Assembly (NCBI GenBank): GCA_951406725.2
Contig: OX597826.1
Location: 72,230,001 to 72,294,000 of the forward strand
Direction of reading: 5' to 3'
Source of the DNA: Octopus vulgaris
Lineage: Eukaryota
Length of the DNA stretch: 64,000 nucleotides
In this document: positions 1 to 8,789 of the stretch, one piece after another
Numbering within the stretch: the stretch's first letter is position 1
How the letters are laid out: each line of letters starts with the position of its first letter
Program-made: the position numbers and the translations under genes
The notes under the pieces: generated by a model
The model's input: only the letters and a program-made list of their open reading frames with translations
Databases searched by the model: none
What the model was told of the DNA's origin: nothing

Positions 1-72
1 ACATACATACATATATTATATATTATTTAATTGAACATGCCGCATTCATTTCCAAGTATATATATGGGGAGG

Positions 73-205
73 AGAAGAAGAAGAAGAAGAAGAAGAAGAA
101 GAAGAAGAAGAAGAAGAAGAAGAAGAAGAAGAAGAAGAAGAAGAAGAAGAAGAAGAAGAAGAAGAAGAAGAAGAAGAAGAAGAAGAAGAAGAAGAAGAAG
201 AAGAA
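73..205. repeat. Pure (GAA)n microsatellite, about 44 units
   Basis: Direct reading; explains the poly-R and poly-L ORFs. Confidence 0.99.
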
Positions 206-214
206 TCAACTTAC

Positions 215-332
215 ATGGGGATGTCTTATGAAGGTGCCTATCTTATCATATCTGGGTGGTTGTGGGTTAGACAAATATCTGCTCCGCAGAGGTGCCACAG
301 AGCGGCTGCCTGCTCTGCTTCCACTCAGTAGT
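215..332 (-). CDS. Internal exon of the divergent gene (LLSGSRAGSRSVAPLRSRYLSNPQPPRYDKIGTFIRHPH)
   Basis: Pyrimidine tract plus cacag acceptor, CAT|GTAAGT donor, GC-richer than flanks; only the phase-2 frame is open, matching the phase of exon 7972-7938. Confidence 0.65.
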
Positions 333-905
333 CTGTGATTCATTTGAAAGAGAAAGTGAAACCAACAATAAATAAAGGGATAAATAAAGGTTTGCTATTT
401 TCGCTAAATACATTTAAGTTGATACATTTATTGAGAAAGTACCAATACAGAAGCCATATTATGGAGAAACAAGGGTAGTTACCTGAAGAATTTCTACTGC
501 CTACATTTTTGATAATTTTTTCTTCATTAACCCTCCTCGTCATCATCATTCTCGTTTCAACTTTCCCACACTTGCAAGGGGCCAGACAGAATTTGTTGCG
601 GCAAGTTTTCTTTATCTAGACGCCCTTCCTGTTGCCAACCCTCACCCATTTCCAAGTACAGTAATATTCCTACAAGACTAGAAATGTTTTTACCAAATAT
701 TGGAAATACAAGACACCACTTGTATGATGGTGACACTCATTTACAACTATCACATGAAGTCAAAGCAAGGAGACAGTGACACACAGACAGACACACACAC
801 ACACACACAAACATATGTACATAGATATATAATGCCATAATGGAAAACAGCTATCAAAGGATACACATATATACTAGCAGATAAAAATGGCATAGATTTT
901 TATAG

Positions 906-1169
906 TTTTACTTGTTTCAGTCATGTGACTTCAGCCATACTGGAGCACCGCCTTTAGTCAAGCAAATCGACCCCAGGATTTATTCTTTGTAAGCTTAGTA
1001 CTTATTCTATCAGTGTCTTTTGCCGAACCCCTAGGTTACAGGGACACAAACACAGCAACATCGTTTGTCAAGCGATGGTTGGGGTACAAACACAGACACA
1101 CATATATACGACAGTCTTCTTTCAGTTTTCATGTATGAAATCCACTCACAAGGCTTTGGTCAACCTGAG
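906..1169 (-). mobile_element. SINE family A copy, 5'-truncated
   Basis: Same sequence as copies at 36443, 39256 and 59987 (cttgtttcagtcat...ggagcaccgcctttagtc...ccactcacaaggctttggtc). Confidence 0.85.
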
Positions 1170-1180
1170 ATTATCATATA

Positions 1181-1448
1181 TTTCAGGGAAATAAATGATA
1201 TCCCATCATCAGAGACGAGTTAAAAGAGCTTCAATAGAAGGAATTAGTAGAGTTAATTTTTGTATAAAAAGTTATTCTGGAGAGGGAGAGATATACAAGA
1301 GATTACTTTCTGCATTATATCTAATCTTTTGTATATCTCTCCCTCTCTCCAGAATAACTTTTTCTACAAAAGTGATCTCTACTAATTCCTTCTATTGAAG
1401 CTCTTTTAACTCGTCTCTGATGATGGGATAGCATTTATTTCCCTGAAA
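1181..1448. repeat. Near-perfect foldback, about 125-bp arms and 16-nt loop; probably inverted Penelope-like element termini
   Basis: 1181-1305 is the reverse complement of 1322-1448 with few mismatches; both arms carry CTGATGA-GGGA..TCCC-GAAA. Confidence 0.85.
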
Positions 1449-1454
1449 CTCGGT

Positions 1455-1879
1455 GACTGGCATCCGTTTCTAGTGGAGCGCTAAGAGTACCATACGAGTG
1501 AGATCGTTGCCAGAGCAACAAGCTGGCCTTCGTGCTGATGGCACGTTAAGCACACCATTCGAGCGCGATCGTTACTGCGTCGCCTTACTAGCACTTGTGC
1601 TGGTGGAACGTGAAACATTCGAGCGAGGTCGTCACCAGTGCCGCTGGACTGGCTCCTGTGCAGGTAGCACGTAAAAAGCACCATTTGGGCATGGCCGTTG
1701 CCAGTACCACCAAACTGGCACGTAAAAGCACCCACTACACTCTCGGAGTGGTTGGCGTTAGGAAGAGCATCCAACTGTAGAAACTCTGCCAGATCAGATT
1801 GGAGTCTGGTTGGCCAGACCTTATACAAATCATCTAACCCATGCTAGTATGGAAAGCGGATGTTAAAGAATGATGATGA
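1455..1879 (+). mobile_element. RTE LINE 3' end fragment with (GAT)n tail
   Basis: Shares the 3' UTR (aaaagcacccactacactctcggagtggttggc...ggaaagcggatgttaaa gatgatg) with the RTE at 5065-6876. Confidence 0.85.
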
Positions 1880-2034
1880 GGAAACAGCTATCAGAAAGAG
1901 AAATCGAATGGCTAAGTCGTACATTACGAGTGCAATCTGTGAGTGGAACAGTAAAAATATGCAAGACTTTTCTCAAGTTCCAAATGTGATAGTACCATTC
2001 ATGACTTTTTTGTCATCTTTCCTTTTTTTGTCTT

Positions 2035-2341
2035 TTTGTTTGTTTCAGTCATTAGATTGTGGCCATGCTGGGGCATTGCCTGGAGAATTTTAGTCGCTAG
2101 TTATTTTATTTGTCTATTTTGCTGGACCAGTTGTCAAGTGGTGGTAGGAGACAAACAGACAGTGAGACACACACACACGTATGTATATGATGGGCTTCTT
2201 TCAGTTTCTACAACCAAATCCATTCACAACACTTTGGTTGACCCAAAGCTACAGTTAAAGACACTTGTCCAAAGTGCCTCACAATGGGACTGAACTCAGA
2301 ACCATGTGGTTGGAAAGCAAACTTCTTCCCACACAGCCACA
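2035..2341 (-). mobile_element. SINE family A copy, diverged
   Basis: Similar to other family A copies including the tRNA-like head (accatgtggttggaaagc...cacacagccac). Confidence 0.75.
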
Positions 2342-2626
2342 AAACAGATCAATATTGCAAACGCACATGTTTTTTCTAAAAGGAAAATTGCTCTTGTTTA
2401 CAATTTAAAAATCAATGAAGCAATAGAATTCTAAATAAGAATATATATTCCATCTAACCCATGCCAGCATGAAAAAGGTACACTAAATGATGATGCTGAT
2501 GATTGTTTAGTTTTAGACTGACATTGTAGGTTAAGGTATGAAAGGTTAGACATGTTTTGTATTCAAACCAGAAGTTAACATATACGGAAGACCTCAACAC
2601 CCAAAGAGTACCAGAAAGAGAAAGAA

Positions 2627-3210
2627 GTTTCTACCAATTTAGCTAGGAGCTTCCTATCATTGAGCAAGAAACATTTCCCTAGGAGGCACATGTACTATAA
2701 GATTTTCAACCCACATAACATCAAAGTAAGCTACTCCTGCTTAGACAACATTGCATGCTACAACAGATACAAATGTGCACCCACACAACCTCCAACCCCA
2801 ACCTGTAACGTCTGAAACCTTACCAGCTGCCCTTTGTGAGGATCCTGCTTCCCAAGGGCTGTAGTCTAAAGGGTCACTCTTACACTATCCAATAGCATCA
2901 CAAGATACAACTAGGACATGATGGCTAGTGGCTTCAAAGGAAGGTACACACAACATATGCATTCCCTCAGATGCAGGGATAGAGAAAATTCTCTCTTTGT
3001 TTCACTTCCTCTGGAGACTTTGCAACCTATGGAATAACTCCCCCAACATTGAATGGACATCACCAACAGGGTCACACCTTACTCACCTACTGCCTGAAAT
3101 TGCCAGCTCTGTCTCCACGAAAAGCTGACTGCATATTCTCTACCAACCTGCAGCATCCATCAACAGGAAATATGAACTGTCTTATTGCTGCCATCAGAAA
3201 TACTCCCTCC
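2627..3210 (+). mobile_element. Decayed Penelope-like retroelement (Neptune-type) C-terminus with GIY-YIG endonuclease
   Basis: Manual translation: VSTNLARSFLSLSKKHFPRRHMYYKIFNPHNIKVSYSC, then CN..CPL*GSC..AVV*, FKGRYTQHMHSL, CQLCLHEK; several stops and frameshifts. Confidence 0.8.
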
Positions 3211-3692
3211 TGATGAATTTCAAGTCATTGGCCACCAACAACTCAGATATACCACCTTAACACTGGCTGCCCTACAACTAAGGGCTGGGTACCAAATCAC
3301 CACTGACTGTCTTTCTGTCCTTATGCATTTTCTGTATTCTCCTACAACTGTCTACATATATGTGGGTGTGCATACAGGCACCCACATTCATTATCTATCT
3401 ATGTATGTATGCTTTCCTCCTCTTTCTTTCTCTCCCGTACACTACCAAATCTCAATTCAACGGCAGATCCAGTCACCACCAATGACACTGCTTCCACTGC
3501 ACTGTGCCTGAACAATGCACTTACACATCAGTCCACATACATACACACATTTCAATTCTATATGCAAAGTTACTCCAGCCATGTCCACACACATACACAA
3601 ATATCAGAAGCATACATATGTACACACACACACACCAGATGTAAACATATGCACACCTATCCATCTTGATAAACACACACACATACATTCGT

Positions 3693-3855
3693 ATATGAGG
3701 GTGGAATGAAAAGTTCATAGGCTGACTATGAAGGAGTGATGCTAGAACTGTGAAATCTTGCATGCATTAACTTCAGGTCTTCTTATTAATAACTGCATTG
3801 TTTCTTTCCCGGTAAACTGTCATCTTACTGTTCAAAGACATCAAAAGTAACTAGT
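3693..3855 (+). mobile_element. Possible mariner-type terminal fragment
   Basis: Begins TA-TGAGGGTGGAATGAAAAGTT, resembling mariner TIRs; no partner TIR seen. Confidence 0.35.
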
Positions 3856-3914
3856 GCGTGGCAATCTGGCAGAAACATAAGCATGCTGGTCGAAATGCTT
3901 AGTAATATTTTATA

Positions 3915-4022
3915 GGCGCAGGAGTGGCTGTGTGGTAAGTAGCTTGCTTACCAACCACATGGTTCCGGGTTCAGTCCCTCGGGCCGACCAAAGCCTTGTG
4001 ACAGAAACTGAAAGAAGCCTGT
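3915..4022 (+). mobile_element. SINE family A 5' part (tRNA-like head) with internal deletion
   Basis: ggcgcaggagtggctgtgtggtaag A-box-like and gggttcagtccc B-box-like motifs. Confidence 0.8.
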
Positions 4023-4054
4023 TGCATATATATATATACACAACAGGCTTCCCT

Positions 4055-4792
4055 AGCTGTTGAGGGAACCTGTGGAAGAGGTAGACCCAGGAAGACCTGG
4101 GATGAGGTGGGTAAGGCCTCACCGAGGCAATGACTAGTGACTGAGACCTTGGAAATATGCTGTGCTTGAGAAGACCCATCAAGCTAAGTGAGACCATAAC
4201 CAGTGGTGTAACCAGCCCACTTATGCGACCTTTCTTTCATTGGACACTAAACTCTGCTTGCGAAGACCTGTTGAGGCGAGTGAAATCGAAATCCAATTCG
4301 CTGACGTGGCCAATGACAGCACCACTTGACTGGCATCCATGCTAGTGGAACGTTAAGAGCACCATCCGAGCATGATCGTTGCCAGGGCCACTGACTGGTT
4401 CCTGTGCCAGTGGCACATAAAAAGTACCGTTTGAGCATGATCGTTACCAGTGTCGCCTTACTGGCACTTGTGCCAGTGACAAGTGAAAAACAACATTCAA
4501 GCGAGGTTGTTGCCACTTCTGCTGGACTGGTTCTTGTGCAGGTGGCACATTTTAGTGTGGCTGTTGCCTGTACTGTCTTACTGGCCCTCGTGCCGGTGGC
4601 ACGTAAAGGCATGTAAAAGCACCCACTACACTCTCAGAGTGGTTGGCATTAGGAAGGGTATCCAGCTGTAAAAACTCTGCCAGATCATATTGGAGCCTGG
4701 TGCAGCCATCTAGCTTGCCAGTCCTCAGTCAAGCCGTCCAATCCATGCCAGCATGGAAAGCGGACATTAAACGATGATGATGATGATGATGA
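4055..4792 (+). mobile_element. RTE LINE 3' fragment: ORF end, repetitive 3' UTR, (GAT)n tail
   Basis: Encodes AVEGTCGRGRPRKTWDEV as in ORF 5608-5802; ends ggaaagcggacattaaacgatgatgat. Confidence 0.9.
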
Positions 4793-4829
4793 TATATATA
4801 TATATATAAAAGATATATATATTCTTTGA

Positions 4830-5045
4830 TTCTTTTACTTGTTTCAGGTATTTTGACTGTGGCCCTACTGGAGCACTGCCTTTTAGTCAAACAAATAAAT
4901 CCTTGGACTTATTCTTTGTAAATCTGATACTCTTTATATCGGTCTCTTTTGCTAAACCACTAGATTACGGGGACATAAGCACATCAACATTGGTTGTCAA
5001 GCGATGGTGGAGGGACAAACACAGACACAAACACACAAATACATA
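4830..5045 (-). mobile_element. SINE family A 3' half
   Basis: Similarity to family A copies. Confidence 0.75.
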
Positions 5046-5064
5046 TATACATACATACATACAT

Positions 5065-6876
5065 ATCATCATCATCATCATCATCATCATCGTTTAATGT
5101 CTGCTTTCCATGCTAGCATGGGTTGGACGGTTCAACTGGGGTCTGGGAAGCCCGAAGGCTGCACCAGGCCCAGTCAGATCTGGCAGTGTTTCTACAGCTG
5201 GATGCCCTTCCTAACGCCAACCACTCCGTGAGTGTAGTGGGTGCTTTTTACGTGCCATCGGCACAGGTGCCAGACGAGGCTGGCGAACGGCCACGCTCGG
5301 ATGGTGCTTTTTACGTGCCACCGGCACGGAGGCGAGGCAAGGCTGGCACGGCCACGATCAGATGGTGTTTGTTACGTGCCCACAGCACGGAGGCCAGTGT
5401 ATGCGGTACTGGCTACAGCCACATTCGGATGGTTTTCTTATGTGCCACCGGCACTGGTACCACAAAAATACAAATTCCATTGATGTTCATCGATTTTGAT
5501 TTGATTTGATTTTCATTTGCCTCAACAGGTCTTCACAAGTGTCCCAAGAAGGAAGGTATGCACAGGTGGACTGACTACGTCCCAGGTAGGGGCCATGGGT
5601 TATGGCCTCATGTGTCCTCCTGGGTCTTCTCGCGCACAGCATACTTCCAAAGGTCTCGGTCTCTGGTCATTGCCTCGGTGAGACCTAAAGCGCGAAGGTC
5701 GTTCTTCACCACCTCGTCCCAGGTTTTCCTGGGTCTACCTCTTCCACAGGTTCCCTCAACCGCTAGGGTGCGGCACTTTTTCACACAACTATCTTCATCC
5801 ATTCATATTACGTGTCCATACCAGCGTAGACGCCTCTCTTGCACACCACATCTGATGCTTCTTAGGTCCAACCTTTCTCTCAAGGCATCTACACTCTGTC
5901 GGGTATGAACACTGACATTACACATCCAACGGAGCATACTGGTTTCATTTCTTGCGAGCTTACGCATATCCTCAGCAGTCACGCCCCATGTTTCACTGCC
6001 ATGTAGCATGGCTGTTCGCACACATGCGTCATACAGTCTGCCTTTTGTCACCAGCAGAGGTAAGAGCTCTCTGAACTTTACCCAGGCTATTCTTACTCTA
6101 GCAGTTACACTTTCGGCACACCCACCCCCGCTACTGACTTGGTCACCTAGGTAACGGAAACTATCAACTATTTCAAGTTTTTCTCCCTGGAATGTGGCGG
6201 AAGATGGTCTCTGTGCATTTTCAGTGTTTATTGCACCAGAGCATCTGCCACATACAAAAACTATCTTCCTAGTTAGCCTTCCTTTGATGTTGCTGCACCT
6301 CTTATGTGTCCATAGCTTACACTTGGTGCATTTTATAGAGTTCCTACCTACGCCTTTTCTACAGATCGAGCAGGGCCATCTACCTGAAGGCGTTTGTGAT
6401 TTGTCTACCTTCCTACTTATTAGGACTTTGGTTTTAGCTAGATTGACTCTAAGGCCCTTCGATTCTAATCCTTGCTTCCACACCTGAAACTTCTCCTCCA
6501 GTTCTGATAGTGACTCAGCAATTAGAGCAAGGTTGTCAGCATAGAGGAGCTCCCAGGGGCATCCTGTCTTGAATTCCTCCGTTATTGCCTGGAGGACTAT
6601 GATAAATAGGAGGGAGCTGAGGACTGAGCCTTGGTGGACCCCAACCTCCACCCAGAATTCTTCACTGTACTCGTTGCCAACCCTCACCTTACTAACAGCG
6701 TCCTTGTACATGGCACGCACAGCTCTCACTAACCATTCATCTATCCTGAGTTTCCTCATTGACCACCAGATAAAGGATCGGGGGACCCTGTTAAAGGCTT
6801 TCTCCAAGTCAACGAAAGCCAGGTACAGAGTTTTATCTTTGGCTAGGTATTTCTCCTGCAGCTGTCTCACCAGAAA
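5065..6876 (-). mobile_element. 5'-truncated, inactivated RTE-clade LINE (RT C-terminal part, PHD-like finger, C-terminus, 3' UTR, (GAT)n tail)
   Basis: ORF 5803-6870 has AFVDLEKAF, GVHQGSVLS, YADN (normally YADD), FRYLG, RLRWYGHV; in-frame TGA at 5805-5803; ORF 5608-5802 has GRGRPRKTW, typical of RTE. Confidence 0.95.
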
Positions 6877-6879
6877 TAT

Positions 6880-7042
6880 ATATACGACAGGCTTCTTTCA
6901 GTTTCCATCTACCAAATCCACTTACAAGGTTTTGGTCGGCTTGAGGCTATAGTAGAAGACGCTTGCCCAAGGTACCACACTGTGGAACTGAACCCAGAAC
7001 CATGTGGTTGGGAAGCAAGCTTCTTACCACACAGCTATGCCT
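6880..7042 (-). mobile_element. SINE family A 5' half; with 4830-5045 probably one SINE split by the RTE
   Basis: Complementary halves of family A flank the RTE at the SINE's internal microsatellite. Confidence 0.7.
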
Positions 7043-7937
7043 ATATATATGCATACACATATGCACATGCATGTACATATACACAAACAACTAGAACCTT
7101 TTTGACACAATTGCCATCCTTCATTCACAACATATGTCCATTCCAATATATTCTTTTCTCTTGCACACGATTCCTCTGTGGTTCTGATATTCTCTCGACC
7201 CATTTGCAAACCTATCACTAATTCGCACAAACAGTACACATACAGTAGAATATACTCATACACTAAGTAAATTAAATATTATAGTTCCTCTTCTCTCCTA
7301 AATCTGATCTAATGATTTAATGGATTGCTTCAGAGTTGAATTTATAGCAATACATAATCCACGAAATGTTGTTGTCTGACTTTGGATCTTACTTTTTCAC
7401 GCCAGAGTAGAAGGGCCTGCAAAACCCTTGGAACTGCCTCTTCTCCTTTAACTTACAAAAAAGAAAAATGAGTCTTCATGATTATTGCTATCTCTGAGAT
7501 GATTAGAACTGTAAGATATTGGTACTAATTTATAATCATGAACAGACAAAAATTGCCTGCAGACTACATGAAGATGTCTTTGATTAAAAATATAAACAAG
7601 TTTTTAATGTTGAATATCATAAAAATTGTCACAATCCTGCCAATGCTAAATAAAAACAGTTTCATAATTCTTTTTTTATTGGTCATTCTTACAAGAGAGA
7701 TTTCAAATTTATTCTGTATTTTTCTGTTAAATTTACCTCTCTAACTCTTGGAAAACTTCAGACTTTTTCATGAGGAAAACAAAATTTTAAGACAATTATT
7801 CTTAGGAGTAAAAGCAGACTTATAGGAAACTTTATTCAAATCTTAAATATCAGAAAAAGTGAAAATATCTTGGTTGCTCCTCCTAAAACTGAGAATGATT
7901 ATTCTTAAAATTTTAATAAAATCTCTAATGAACATAC

Positions 7938-7972
7938 CGGTTTTGCTGAGTTTTCGTCGATTTTTGCTCCAT
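7938..7972 (-). CDS. First coding exon of an unidentified divergent gene (MEQKSTKTQQNR)
   Basis: CAAGATGG start context, CCG|GTATGT donor (phase 2), 125-170 bp downstream of an X-box and a CCAAT box facing this direction. Confidence 0.6.
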
Positions 7973-8096
7973 CTTGGGCAACTAAATGAGAAGGGAAATA
8001 TTTTTGGTCTGAGAAGTTATTTAATGAAAAAAATTTGAAGCTTGTTGGTTGTTTGCTTAAGTAGAGAAATCTTGCAGAAATATCTTGTAGACAAGA

Positions 8097-8440
8097 GTTG
8101 CTATGAGATACGCAGTGCGTGATCACAAGTCAATTCTGATTGGTCGACAGCAATTTCATGTGTGCCGTTCAATTATCATGTTTTCATCTAAATTCCCTGT
8201 TTATTTATTCAAATAAACGATACTGCCATTGAACTTGAGATGAAAGAATTTTTTCGGTACTTTAAATTTGAGAAATTTTACAATATTTTTAACGATAATT
8301 TAACATTAGAGGTTCTATTAAGCAAACTACTCGACCAATGAAATCAGCCGTCTTAGCGAAGTTTGGAAAGTCCCTCCATTTTGTAAGCCTCAATTTGAAT
8401 CGTAGTTTACCTAGCCCATAATTTATAATGAAAATGGCGG
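8097..8440. promoter_or_regulatory. Bidirectional promoter: RFX X-box 8097-8111, CCAAT boxes 8139-8147 (-) and 8331-8339 (+), YY1-type AAAATGGCGG 8431-8440
   Basis: GTTGCTATGAGATAC fits the X-box consensus; ATTGGTCGA and TCGACCAAT are exact reverse complements; lies between two divergent ATGs. Confidence 0.65.
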
Positions 8441-8448
8441 AAGGCAAC
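8434..8448 (+). CDS. MIER1: MIER1-like coding exon 1 (MAEGN; in-frame upstream ATG at 8428 gives MKMAEGN)
   Basis: AAAATGGCG start context; MAE matches the vertebrate MIER1 N-terminus; donor AAC|GTTAGT is phase 0 and fits exon 2. Confidence 0.75.
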
Positions 8449-8761
8449 GTTAGTATTCAATGATGTTTGTTGGAATTTCTCACTTTTAGCCTTAAAAGTT
8501 TGTCTAATTTCATTCAGATTCCCTTTAACGATCCCTAAAAGCCTTACACATTTTCCAATCTGCTCAGAAGGCGCTTTGGGGGAACACGAATTCAGCTAAA
8601 TCGAATAATCTCTAGTGGGATTCTTGGTTCTAAGCCACTGCTTTGACATTGACTGAGAATCGTCCACTTTTAAGTTTAGTGCTTGCTCTAGCTTTGCTCT
8701 ATTTTGACACTTTTCACGAGTCGATGTTTTCTCCACTCAATTGTTTTTCGTTTCATTTCAG

Positions 8762-8789
8762 CTCGGTGGCAGCGATTCAAGCAGCCCAG
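8762..8789 (+). CDS. MIER1: MIER1-like exon 2, 28-nt micro-exon (LGGSDSSSP)
   Basis: tttcatttcag acceptor, CAG|GTAAGT donor; SSSP matches vertebrate ESSSP; phase 0 to 1. Confidence 0.85.

Noticed and set aside
27-231. Poly-L and poly-R ORFs
   Set aside because: Translations of the (GAA)n microsatellite
7905-8126. 73-aa - strand ORF at the promoter
   Set aside because: Non-ATG start and no recognisable motif; the better-supported exon (7972-7938) is in another frame
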